Part shown: piece after piece, positions 35,438 to 44,584 of the stretch | How positions within the stretch are numbered: the first letter of the stretch is position 1 | Layout of the letters: each line of letters begins with the position of its first letter | Source of the DNA: an uncultured Candidatus Saccharibacteria bacterium | GTDB lineage: Bacteria; Patescibacteriota; Minisyncoccia; Phycocordibacterales; Phycocordibacteraceae | DNA length: 44,584 nucleotides | Assembly (NCBI GenBank): GCA_964469405.1 | Contig: CAYXYP010000007.1 | Location: 1 to 44,584 of the forward strand | Direction of reading: 5' to 3' | The notes under the pieces: generated by a model | What the model saw: the letters and a program-made list of their open reading frames with translations, nothing else | Databases searched by the model: none | What the model was told of the DNA's origin: nothing | Program-made: the position numbers and the translations under genes

Positions 35438-36418
35438 ATGCGCCTTTCTCGCCTGACTCTCCCAGTTCTCACTCTTGCCATCGGGCTCATCGTAGGGCTG
35501 TGGTATGGACAGAGCAACGGCTCATCAACGAGTGCCTCGACTTCAATGCAGATGCGGAATAACGAAGGAACATTTACGAACCCTCTGCTTGAGTGCGACG
35601 TTGCCGAAGACACGATTACCGCCTTGAAGATAAACTTCAAGGCGGAACTCGAGAAATTCGTACACACCATGGAAGACAGGACGTCGGTACAGAGGATTGC
35701 GGTGTATTTCCGCGATCTCAATAACGGTCCGACATTCGGTATTCAACAGAATGATCCGTTTATCCCAGCCAGCCTTCTAAAGGTTCCTGTCATGATGGCA
35801 TACTTCAGCGAGACAGAGAGTGATCCAAACATATTGCAGAAGAAACTCCTCTTTACGAAGTCCGCGGCTCCGGACATACGGCAGACCATCCTCCCAGCGC
35901 AACATCTGACCTCTGGGAAAGAGTACTCGATCAATGAATTGATCAAGCGGATGATCGTTTACTCTGACAACGACGCGCTGATCCTCCTCTTCAAGACATT
36001 GCCGATCGAAGACCATCGGCACCTCTACAATCTCCTCGGCGTCGATTCCTCGGTGATTTCCGATCCTACCGCCGCGCTTACCGTAAAGCAGTATGCGGCG
36101 TTCTTCCGGATTCTCTTCAATGCGTCGTTTATTTCGCAAAAGTATTCGGAGGAGGCGCTTACCCTGCTCGCCAGTACCGATTTCGACAGTGGTCTGCGCA
36201 AGGGAGTCCCTGAGAGAATCCCCGTCGCACATAAATTCGGGGAGAGGCAAATCGCTACCAGCGAGCAGCACCTGCATGATTGCGGCATCGTCTATTATCC
36301 CAAGCACCCGTATCTGCTGTGCGTCATGACCCGCGGCGCGAATACATCGACTCTTGAGCGCGCGATCGCCGACATCTCGAAATTCGTGTACGAGAAGATA
36401 GATGAGCAGTATCGTTAG
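35438..36418 (+). CDS. Class A beta-lactamase-related serine hydrolase
   Basis: SxxK (ASLLK), SDN (YSDND), HKFG in place of KTG, and HDCGIVY. Confidence 0.82.
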   Translation: MRLSRLTLPVLTLAIGLIVGLWYGQSNGSSTSASTSMQMRNNEGTFTNPLLECDVAEDTITALKINFKAELEKFVHTMEDRTSVQRIAVYFRDLNNGPTFGIQQNDPFIPASLLKVPVMMAYFSETESDPNILQKKLLFTKSAAPDIRQTILPAQHLTSGKEYSINELIKRMIVYSDNDALILLFKTLPIEDHRHLYNLLGVDSSVISDPTAALTVKQYAAFFRILFNASFISQKYSEEALTLLASTDFDSGLRKGVPERIPVAHKFGERQIATSEQHLHDCGIVYYPKHPYLLCVMTRGANTSTLERAIADISKFVYEKIDEQYR

Positions 36419-36425
36419 ATGCCAA

Positions 36426-39400
36426 TTAATTGCTCGTCGGAGTATTTTCCGGAGGAGAAGCAGGGGCGGATGGTGGCTCGGGTTCATGAGTAGGCTCCGG
36501 CGCAGGTTCAACCGCTGGCTCTTCTAGTGGCGGCGCAGGCGTATCAGAGGTTGGTTCAACTACCGGAGGATCCTCGATGACCGGAGGCGTGGATGTTGCG
36601 CCGGTCTCTTCAGCCGGTGCGGCTTCTGGCGGGGTATCCTTGGCTAGCGGTGTTTCTTCGGAAGTCGGTTCCTTGGATGGAGCAACTTCAGGGAGAACGT
36701 CTGGTTCGGATTGGGCTGTGTTTCCTTGGTTTTCCGGCACCGACTCAGGCGGAATCTCGGGTGGATCTTCGGGTGCAGCTGGCACTACTGATACCGATTC
36801 AGTGGTGCGCGCGCCCTTCACCGCGAGCGCGATCCAGTTGAAGGAGATGTCTTCTCCTGCGGGTTTGTTCAAGAATATTGTGAAGCCGGTCGTCGTGGCA
36901 TTGCCGATCAGGAACCGTATGTCTTTCCCGAGGAGCGCTTGGATTGCTACAGCGCTTTGCTTGCTTGCTGCGATACCGTCCGAACTAGACAGGGTTGCAT
37001 GTACAACTGGCTTTTCAAGGTATTCGCGCTCGAAGGCGATGCGCACTTCGCTGTCCCCTTTCTTCACCACGGCAAAACCGGCCATATCCCGCGTGAAGTA
37101 CGGTGTGCCGAAGAAGATGATGTCGGGATTGACCTTGATCGCCTCGGCAAGCGCATCGAGCGTGTCTACACGCAGGCCGTTTGCGACGATGCGCGGCGCG
37201 AATATCTCGATCCCCGCATTCAGGCGATCAGTAAATATCTCGGAATCGAGCGAAGAATTGCTATCAATCGTCGCCTTGTAGTCGCGGAGGAATTCGAGGA
37301 TATCGAGCTCGCGATCAGCAGTAATGAGCGTCGGAGTAGCGGCGGCTTGCGGCGAGCTAGTCGAGACGGCAGTGAATGTCGCGGTCGTGGTCGTAGCCGA
37401 GAGCACGAACACATCTTCGGGCACGCACTCTTCGATCGTGCTCGCCGTACCGTCCGTACTCGTCACACTGTCCGAGGCACCACACGAAGGAAGCGCGGGC
37501 GCCGCCTCCGTATTTTCGCTTGCTGGCACAACCCCCTCCGCAAGCGCAATCTCCTTCTTTTCATTCATCAAGACCGAGAGCGAGAGGCCGCCGTAGTCCA
37601 CGAGATTGACGAACACCATCACCTGCCCGCATCGCTTCTTCGACAATCCTTCCAGATCATCGGGGCAGTTTGCAAGCTGTTCGACATCCATATTCTCCAG
37701 CGCCGCGCCCATCACGCGCCCGGCTTTCGTCGCACGCATGCCGTACCCAGCGGTGGGCGAGGCCGCGATGCGATCCCCCGCTTTTATAATGCCGTTTTCA
37801 GTCGTTACCTTCACCGGCACGCGGCCGACGAGTGCGACGGGGTAGGTGTTCTCCACGTACGCGCCAAGAACAATACCGGGCTTTGTCGCAACCACACCAA
37901 GTACATTCTTTTGATACGCGCTCGTCGCCATACGCACTTTCTGCGCTTCGGTGCCGTCCACCGCTACAATGTGTCCCGCCTCGAGCGGATCGTCAGAGAC
38001 GTAATTTTCCGCGAGGTCGACGCCGTTGCCTACTCCCAGCGTGTTTTGCGTAGAGCCGAACAAGTAGTGCGATATCAATTCTTGCTGGATTCCGTTGATG
38101 GCGCCGATAAGGAGAAGACGGTCCTCTTCCGCGCTCGCATCGCTCTGCGTAGCGCGGATGAACGCGAGCGATCCGTATGCAACCGTGCCGGATTGCACCG
38201 CAATCGCCTGAATGTCGTCCGCGTCAGTTCCCGACCAAGCGCTGCCGAAGTCGTCGGCGGAGACATCTGCATCAGAGTGAAGGGCGTCGATCACATACGA
38301 TCCAACACCTACGTCAGAAAGAACAGTCACCGCACCTCCGTCCGTACCATCACTCGTACCCACGTAGACACGCCGCGCTTTGCCGAACTGCACCATCGGG
38401 TCAACCGCAACGGCAGTCACATTGTTACTCGCACCTATCAAGTGTTCGGGGTCAACCTCAAAATCCGACGTGGTATCCGGTGTCGTGCCCCAGTTGGATT
38501 GCACGGTAATCACGGTCGCCGTGTTTGAAATAACGCGGCGCGTCTGGCCCGCACCCGTACCCCCCGTGATGGTGACTATCTTGCCGACAAACTCGTTCGG
38601 AATCCACGCCTCACCCGAATCACCAATAGTATTCACGCTCACCGTCGTCGCGGCCGTAACGGCTCTGTTTTTCTGCATGAGATGAGTGCGGCCGTCGAGG
38701 TAGAGCACATTTGCTCCGTCTGTAGTGACACCGCTCGCCGTTGAGGCGAGGTTTGAACTCCAAACGAGGTCGTCGATAGAACCGTCCCAAAAGTTCGCCC
38801 CTGTTGTGCAGTTGGCGGCCGAACATGTTCCACCGACGGTAACTATTTGAGTGGTTGCGGTGTCGAGTGTGGCAGCGGCGGTGAGCCCTGTGTCGCACGC
38901 CACAGCCTGCTTACCATCGATGTACATACAGATATCGGTGTCGGTGTTGGTGAAGACTGCGTGATGCCACACGTTGTCATTGTAGGTTCCCGTTGACGTA
39001 ATAAGGTCATCGTAAGATGTTTGGAGAGTAAATGTTGCATCATCGTCAATAGCGAATATTATATTGCCGGCCGCATTCATTCCTGTATAAATGCATCCGA
39101 CTGTCTGCGCCGGAGTCGAGTTCCAACATCTTTCAACCAAAGTATCCGCTGCTGCTGTCACACTGTGTTTGAACCAAAGAGAAATAGTAAAACTCACGGC
39201 AACGACGTTGTAATCGGCATCGCTGTCGCAGGTGCCGTCAGCGTTTGCATCGGAACACAGGTATGAGTTGTTATTAAGGGCCACCGAATTACCGCGGACG
39301 CCGTCCCCGCCGAAAGTGGGGGCTGTCGCGGCGGCGCTGTCGAGAACATTACGCGTGGAACCCGCGACCCCCATGGCGCTGTGCGATCGTGTGGCCCCAG

Positions 39401-42400
39401 TCGGCTCCTCAAAGAGGAACACACTGCGAGGAGCCGCTGGGCGAAGCGGAGTCGAGGTCGCCGTCGTAAGTACCTTCGTCCACGAGCCGGACGTGCCCGC
39501 GATAAGGTTGCCACCCGAGTCGTGAATCTCGACGAGGCCGAGGTTGGTGCCGAAGAGCACGACATCACCCGCATCGTTGTTGCTGGCTGCGGCGGCTTCT
39601 TTCGCCTTCGAGGCACGTTCAATAACTGAAATCGTTGAAGGCGAGGTGAGAATGGTCGGCACCGCACCGGTAGCGGTGATCGCACCATTGGCCGCCGTCT
39701 CATCGTACGTCTCGTCGGGCGTGCCGTTCGCCTCGGCTATGAGGTCGCGATCCAGGTTGCGCCATGTCTCAAGTTGGGCTTGGGTTTCATTTGCCGCGTA
39801 CATACGGCCGCGCGAGGTCAAATGTACCGTGTTGTAGTCGTCGTTTGTTACATCCGAATAGTTCAACACTTTTTGGTATTCGGGGTGGATAACGCTCACG
39901 CCTGAATCATTCGCAACCGCGACAAGCACCGTGCCGCGCAAGGGGCCTGAACCGGAGTCGAGCGGCAAAGTGGGGGTGTTACCCAGCGCGTCCGCGTTAC
40001 CGAGTTGCATCGCCGCCGAGACGTCGTTGACTACTCCATTGAGGATCCCGAGACTGGTTACCGCATTCGTCGCATATGCAGTAGTTGTGTTTCTGTTCGC
40101 GATGTCCTTGTCTCCCTGTGTTCGATCGACCGCATCGTAGTTGTACATACGGTCTTGCGTAAAGTCGAACGCGTAGAGTCCCGTTGCCGATGCGCCATTG
40201 GCGCCGACATAGATAACGCCATTCACCGCGCCGACACCAGACGGATTGTTGTTGGTATCTGCGCCAAGCGCGAAGGTGCCGCCAGACTGTGTGAATTTCA
40301 TCCAAAGAGTGTTGTCCTTGGCGTCGAAGATATAGAGGCCGTCGACAGTCGTCGCAAGAATCGCTTTACGGGGGAATTCGGAAGAACCGCATCGATCGTC
40401 TGTCGCGATAACGCACGGATCCGACGGTCCGTCGTCCTTCGTCTCCGTGTACCACGAGAGTCCCGAGGCCCTGTCGTTCTTGCGCCAGGCGCCTTTGTCG
40501 CTGTCCTTTGTCGTGTCATAAATTACCATGTCTATGATGTTGGCGAGTGAGCGCTGGATCGTGTAGCCCTTACTTATGACGTCACCGTATACGTTGATAT
40601 CCGAACGACCATTTTCGGCACTCCCCACCGTAAGACCTCCCGTCTCGGACACAGCGAAGAGGTCAACCCCCGCGTCGTCTTCAACGAGCACTGGGAAACC
40701 TGTGTTTTGTGACTGGTCCACAACAATGTGGAGTCCATTGCCCGTGTAGGCATTTGCATCTACGGCATCCATCGTTATCTGGAGCGCGTCACCTGAATAC
40801 GTTCCGCCTGTTGCAGGATTCGGCGAGAGCTGAAGGAGATCGTGAGAACTGCCTGCTGCTGCCGTCTCGGTAATCACGACTGGAGTTGCCGCTGCAGTCT
40901 CAATCGTTGCTCCACTAGTGTATGCGTCTTGCAAGTTACTGCTCCCGCCACCACTTATCGTACAGTCGGTCTGCCCTGTACCGTTCACACAGTTCACTCC
41001 CGCACCAGTGAAGTTGAGGGTTGTAAATTGCGTGAGCGGAGTGTCTTCATTTTCAATGGTTGCATATCCCCCACCACCAGCCGATGATGTCGCCATAAGT
41101 ACCAGGCCGCCGGTAACGTTTGACCACCCAACGACTTGGCCACCAGTACCTATTCCGTAGAGTGTGGAGGTCGCGATAGCTGTTGGAACCGCGCTCCCTG
41201 CCGTTCCGTTCGCTAAGACGGTATTTGCCGCTTGTGCTGAGAGACTTCCGCCACTGAGACACGTGCCGTTCACCGCGTAGCATTGGTTCGCTGCAAGGTT
41301 GATGCCGTTGCCGTAGAAAGTGGTGGTGCCAGTGGTGAAGTTGGCGATGCCTTGGATGGAGAGAAGTGAGCCAGGGGTGGTGGAGCCGATGCCGACATTC
41401 CCGTTATCAAGAATCTGCATCAGTGTCGTAGAGGCATTATTGATGACTGAAAATGCCTGCCCGATGCCTGTGCCGCTGCCCCAAACAGAGAGTTTTGAGT
41501 AGGGCGAGGTGGTGCCGATGCCCACGTTGCCAGCGGTTGTAGAAAGTAACACCGTCCCATCAATGAGTGATGTTCCACCCAGTCCTACATTATCAACCCA
41601 CAAAGAGTAGTTTTTACCCGAGACGACGGTGGTGGTAGCGGCTCCTTCTATGTAGAAAGAAGCGGTGTTGGAGACGGTGGCGGCACCAGCAGTAATAACG
41701 AGTGGTTTTATAGCGAATTGGGAAAAGAGAGGGTGGTTTCCTGACACTCCTTCAGTGGGAGAAAGTTGTGATACTAGTATGCGAGCAAACGAACGGTCTG
41801 AAAGGATAGCTAGAGCCGGGCTTGTATTAGCGAAGGCGACTACTGCAGCAGTGTTAGCAGAATTAAGTGTAAGCGTGCTGTCAGAAAACCACATTTGTCC
41901 AGCAATTCGCAACTGTCCAGTAGCGCCAGTAGCGCCAGCGTCAAGAGAAGAGCTTTCTAGAAACATTCCATTTCCAGTGAGTGTACCCGTTGAGGTAAGA
42001 GATGTACTAAACGTCTTTCCCCCTGCAATCGTCTGCGTCCCCGTCGTTACCAATCCATTCGCCGTTGCTGAAGCAGGCGGGATATTTAATGTATGCACGC
42101 CCCCAGCAGAAGTAATCGTAAAGTTTGTACTGGCTGTCGTGGAAGTAGCAAATGTTTGTATTGCTCCAGTTTGAGCATTGAGAGAAGTGATACCGCCAAG
42201 ACAAGAACCGTTCACCGCATAACATTGGTTCGCTGCGAGATTGATACCGTTGCCGTAGAAGGTAGTGGTACCGGTAGTGAAGTTGGCGATGCCTTGGATG
42301 GAGAGGAGTGAGCCAGGAGTAGTGGTGCCGATGCCGACGTTTCCATCATTCATCACCGTGAAGAGCGTCGTCGAAGCAGAGTTAGCAATTTCAAGTGCTT

Positions 42401-44582
42401 TTGATGTTGCAAGTGTGTCCCCTCCCCAGATGGTGAGTTTGGCATAGGGACTGGAGGTACCGACACCGAGTTTGCCCGTGAGTGGTGTGTTGCCGATGAC
42501 GGTAGAGGTGGTGGTGGCAGGAAGGTTGGCGAAGAGGAAGTTGCCGACGTTCAACATGTTGTTTGTGCCAGTCGATGGGAACTTGATGTTGTATCCCATG
42601 CCGATGTTGCCCCCGCCTGTGGTAAGTGAACCGTTGCCGCCGGTGTTTTCATCGTGACCGAGGAAGATGTTGTCGTAGCCGGTGGTGACGTTGAATCCAG
42701 ATAAGTATCCCACACCAATGTTGTATGAGCCGGTACTGTTGCTGGAGAGGACGCTGTAGCCATTCGCGGTATTGAAGGAGCCAGTCGAGTTGGCGACGAG
42801 AGTGTCGATGCCATAGGCGGTGTTGCTAGAGCCAGTGGTGTTGTTGAGGAGTGATTCGAAACCGGTAGCGGTGTTAGTGGAGCCGGTGGTGTTGTTGGCG
42901 AGGGAGGCACGACCATTGGCGGTATTTTGGAAGCCGGAAGTGTTGGCGGAGAGGGCTTGATAGCCAGTGGCGGTATTGGAGTAACCATCAATGTCAGCGA
43001 AAAGTGCTTGGTAACCAAGGGCGGTGTTGGCATCGCCGGCGGTGTTACTCGCTCCTGCACCGTTACCCACAAAAGTATTGAGCAGTGTCGAAGTCCCCGC
43101 CCGAAGTTCAAATGATACATTTCCGAGAGGGTCACGCAGCGTGATGATGGCGGAGCTTGTGGCAGAGTTGGTGATGTCGAGACGGGAGGAGGGAGTCACT
43201 GTACCAATGCCGATATCGCCACTACCATTTATGATGAATAGGGTTGAGGTGGAAACACCGATTGAGGAAGAAGCAACCACGAAGAGAGGTTTGAGCGTTG
43301 TCGCGTTTGCACTTCCTACGGAGAGATTTGCCCATGGAGTAGAAGTTCCTACTCCGGCAAATGTTCCTGTATTTAGGAATGTATTGACTCCAGAATTCGT
43401 CCAGTAGTTACTTCCTGCGGTACCAGTAAGAGTAGTGCCGTCCCATGAAAGCCCACTGCCTATGACTGCTGTCTTCATCGCTGACGTACCGTTACCTGCC
43501 AGGATTCCACCGAGGGTCGTACTTCCAGTACCACCACCAGCGACACCGAGAAGACCCGCGAGAGTGTTGGTGAAGGTGAGAGTTTGGCCGGAACCGATAA
43601 CGGTGGTGGAGGATGTGAGCCCGTTAAATGCCGTCGAGGAAGTTGCAATGACGACGGCGCCTGTGAGGAGCTGCCCTGTTGGGCCGATCGAGGTAACACC
43701 TCCACCTGCAACCGTTGATGTCGCAACCCACCCAATACCTCCCGTGGAATTATTCCAGCCTAACACCATGCCTCCGGTTGAGGCTCCATAGAGAGTCGAG
43801 GTAGCGAGAGACGTAGGGATGGTTGCTCCTGGAAATGGATTCCCGAGAATACCTTGTGCAAGAGTGCCAAATGCTGTGACGTTAGAACCTGAACTTGTCA
43901 CTGCACCGGTGAGGTTCGCGTTCGTGGTGACGGTGGCAGCATTGCCACTGATGTTCATATTAATAGGAGTGGAGGTTGAGACGGATGCGAAGGTGTTGAC
44001 GCCTGTGGCGTATAAGAGGCCGGAAGCGGCAGCAATATTTGATGAGGTAGCGATACCGCCCCACGTGAGGTTCGGGGTGGAACCACCAGAAGAAATGATT
44101 GGCCAGGTGCCGGTGACCGCGGTGACGCCCGAGACCGCAGACGACGTTGCGATGAAGGCGAGACCACCCGTCACGTTCGACCACCCGAGGACTTGCCCAC
44201 CAACGCCGGTGCCATAGAGAGAGGAGGTTGCTTGGGAGGTTGGGACACCAGAGGCGGGATTGCCGAGGACACCGGCTGCAATTGAAGCAAGAGAGATTGC
44301 ACCACCACCTCCAAGAACGGTATGTGCGGTACACGATATTCCGGTGGAACACGTCTCGGAAGTGGTAGCAACGCCATAGACTCCTGACAATCCATTGGAG
44401 ACAAGGAGATTGCTTGATGATGGTTGTGTTGTTGTAGCGAGGCCGGTATAGGTGACCGTGGAGTTAGAGCCACCGATGAGTGCTCCTAGTGTTCCTGAGA
44501 TAGCGAACGGCCCTGAGAATGAATTCGTCGTGGTCGCCACATTTGCAAAGGTGTTAGCACCACTGAAGTATGGAATGTTCCC
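36426..44582 (-). CDS. Giant surface or adhesin-like protein, 5'-partial (frame open to the window edge)
   Basis: >2700 aa, Thr/Ser/Gly-rich; GNVGIGT repeats, NTAxG repeats, a LamG-like domain, a DLAENY...GRVPVKV domain and a Pro/Glu-rich tail; no in-frame stop up to 44582. Confidence 0.85.
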   Translation of the reverse strand, partial: GNIPYFSGANTFANVATTTNSFSGPFAISGTLGALIGGSNSTVTYTGLATTTQPSSSNLLVSNGLSGVYGVATTSETCSTGISCTAHTVLGGGGAISLASIAAGVLGNPASGVPTSQATSSLYGTGVGGQVLGWSNVTGGLAFIATSSAVSGVTAVTGTWPIISSGGSTPNLTWGGIATSSNIAAASGLLYATGVNTFASVSTSTPINMNISGNAATVTTNANLTGAVTSSGSNVTAFGTLAQGILGNPFPGATIPTSLATSTLYGASTGGMVLGWNNSTGGIGWVATSTVAGGGVTSIGPTGQLLTGAVVIATSSTAFNGLTSSTTVIGSGQTLTFTNTLAGLLGVAGGGTGSTTLGGILAGNGTSAMKTAVIGSGLSWDGTTLTGTAGSNYWTNSGVNTFLNTGTFAGVGTSTPWANLSVGSANATTLKPLFVVASSSIGVSTSTLFIINGSGDIGIGTVTPSSRLDITNSATSSAIITLRDPLGNVSFELRAGTSTLLNTFVGNGAGASNTAGDANTALGYQALFADIDGYSNTATGYQALSANTSGFQNTANGRASLANNTTGSTNTATGFESLLNNTTGSSNTAYGIDTLVANSTGSFNTANGYSVLSSNSTGSYNIGVGYLSGFNVTTGYDNIFLGHDENTGGNGSLTTGGGNIGMGYNIKFPSTGTNNMLNVGNFLFANLPATTTSTVIGNTPLTGKLGVGTSSPYAKLTIWGGDTLATSKALEIANSASTTLFTVMNDGNVGIGTTTPGSLLSIQGIANFTTGTTTFYGNGINLAANQCYAVNGSCLGGITSLNAQTGAIQTFATSTTASTNFTITSAGGVHTLNIPPASATANGLVTTGTQTIAGGKTFSTSLTSTGTLTGNGMFLESSSLDAGATGATGQLRIAGQMWFSDSTLTLNSANTAAVVAFANTSPALAILSDRSFARILVSQLSPTEGVSGNHPLFSQFAIKPLVITAGAATVSNTASFYIEGAATTTVVSGKNYSLWVDNVGLGGTSLIDGTVLLSTTAGNVGIGTTSPYSKLSVWGSGTGIGQAFSVINNASTTLMQILDNGNVGIGSTTPGSLLSIQGIANFTTGTTTFYGNGINLAANQCYAVNGTCLSGGSLSAQAANTVLANGTAGSAVPTAIATSTLYGIGTGGQVVGWSNVTGGLVLMATSSAGGGGYATIENEDTPLTQFTTLNFTGAGVNCVNGTGQTDCTISGGGSSNLQDAYTSGATIETAAATPVVITETAAAGSSHDLLQLSPNPATGGTYSGDALQITMDAVDANAYTGNGLHIVVDQSQNTGFPVLVEDDAGVDLFAVSETGGLTVGSAENGRSDINVYGDVISKGYTIQRSLANIIDMVIYDTTKDSDKGAWRKNDRASGLSWYTETKDDGPSDPCVIATDDRCGSSEFPRKAILATTVDGLYIFDAKDNTLWMKFTQSGGTFALGADTNNNPSGVGAVNGVIYVGANGASATGLYAFDFTQDRMYNYDAVDRTQGDKDIANRNTTTAYATNAVTSLGILNGVVNDVSAAMQLGNADALGNTPTLPLDSGSGPLRGTVLVAVANDSGVSVIHPEYQKVLNYSDVTNDDYNTVHLTSRGRMYAANETQAQLETWRNLDRDLIAEANGTPDETYDETAANGAITATGAVPTILTSPSTISVIERASKAKEAAAASNNDAGDVVLFGTNLGLVEIHDSGGNLIAGTSGSWTKVLTTATSTPLRPAAPRSVFLFEEPTGATRSHSAMGVAGSTRNVLDSAAATAPTFGGDGVRGNSVALNNNSYLCSDANADGTCDSDADYNVVAVSFTISLWFKHSVTAAADTLVERCWNSTPAQTVGCIYTGMNAAGNIIFAIDDDATFTLQTSYDDLITSTGTYNDNVWHHAVFTNTDTDICMYIDGKQAVACDTGLTAAATLDTATTQIVTVGGTCSAANCTTGANFWDGSIDDLVWSSNLASTASGVTTDGANVLYLDGRTHLMQKNRAVTAATTVSVNTIGDSGEAWIPNEFVGKIVTITGGTGAGQTRRVISNTATVITVQSNWGTTPDTTSDFEVDPEHLIGASNNVTAVAVDPMVQFGKARRVYVGTSDGTDGGAVTVLSDVGVGSYVIDALHSDADVSADDFGSAWSGTDADDIQAIAVQSGTVAYGSLAFIRATQSDASAEEDRLLLIGAINGIQQELISHYLFGSTQNTLGVGNGVDLAENYVSDDPLEAGHIVAVDGTEAQKVRMATSAYQKNVLGVVATKPGIVLGAYVENTYPVALVGRVPVKVTTENGIIKAGDRIAASPTAGYGMRATKAGRVMGAALENMDVEQLANCPDDLEGLSKKRCGQVMVFVNLVDYGGLSLSVLMNEKKEIALAEGVVPASENTEAAPALPSCGASDSVTSTDGTASTIEECVPEDVFVLSATTTTATFTAVSTSSPQAAATPTLITADRELDILEFLRDYKATIDSNSSLDSEIFTDRLNAGIEIFAPRIVANGLRVDTLDALAEAIKVNPDIIFFGTPYFTRDMAGFAVVKKGDSEVRIAFEREYLEKPVVHATLSSSDGIAASKQSAVAIQALLGKDIRFLIGNATTTGFTIFLNKPAGEDISFNWIALAVKGARTTESVSVVPAAPEDPPEIPPESVPENQGNTAQSEPDVLPEVAPSKEPTSEETPLAKDTPPEAAPAEETGATSTPPVIEDPPVVEPTSDTPAPPLEEPAVEPAPEPTHEPEPPSAPASPPENTPTSN
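41257..41402 (-). repeat. Intragenic repeat copy A
   Basis: 49-aa unit GNVGIG...CYAVNGxCL, repeated 942 nt away at 42199-42344. Confidence 0.9.
42199..42344 (-). repeat. Intragenic repeat copy B
   Basis: 47/49 aa identical to copy A; DNA differs mostly at third codon positions. Confidence 0.9.
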
Positions 44583-44584
44583 TT

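Noticed and set aside
36577-43791. Long plus-strand ORFs such as 36939..38528 (529 aa)
   Set aside because: They are antisense shadows of the GC-rich giant gene with no recognisable motifs.
36426-44584. Repeats in the giant gene as a CRISPR array or DGR template/variable pair
   Set aside because: The repeats are in-frame coding units with synonymous, not adenine-specific, differences. There are no spacers, cas genes or reverse transcriptase in the window.
1-44584. tRNA/rRNA genes, inteins or introns in dnaB and the synthetases, and stop-codon reassignment
   Set aside because: No cloverleaf or rRNA-like segment was seen by eye (no scan run). Core genes have normal lengths and end correctly under the standard code.

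Overview
A gene-dense bacterial window. Its gene content and conserved small protein families suggest a Patescibacteria/CPR organism of the Parcubacteria type (inference, not a taxonomic search). The left half (about 1.7-23.6 kb) is mostly housekeeping: short archaeal-type AspRS, PepA, ScpA/ScpB, a cell-wall cluster (D,D-carboxypeptidase, mraY, ftsW, murG), gltX, an M23 hydrolase, AlkA, LOG, rpmA, rplI, an S41 protease, CorA-like, cysS, dnaB and recR, with small accessory genes between them. The right half holds a RAYT/Y1 tyrosine transposase, a split two-component operon, a hicBA toxin-antitoxin pair, a cysteine-less redoxin, a ~1200-aa Ig-like surface protein, a beta-lactamase-like hydrolase, and a >2700-aa surface protein cut off at the window edge. 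Three observations stand out. (1) Two tiny cassettes with no integrase (RAYT plus hairpins; hicBA) each sit behind a host gene whose 3' end is duplicated on the far side of the cassette, and the copies differ mainly at synonymous sites. (2) A (TTTC)7 repeat lies in the signal-peptide region of the Ig-like surface protein, a candidate phase-variation switch. (3) Many genes have a -10 hexamer only 6-9 nt before the start codon, implying leaderless translation. Several enzyme homologs also lack their catalytic residues. No tRNA, rRNA or CRISPR array was seen.
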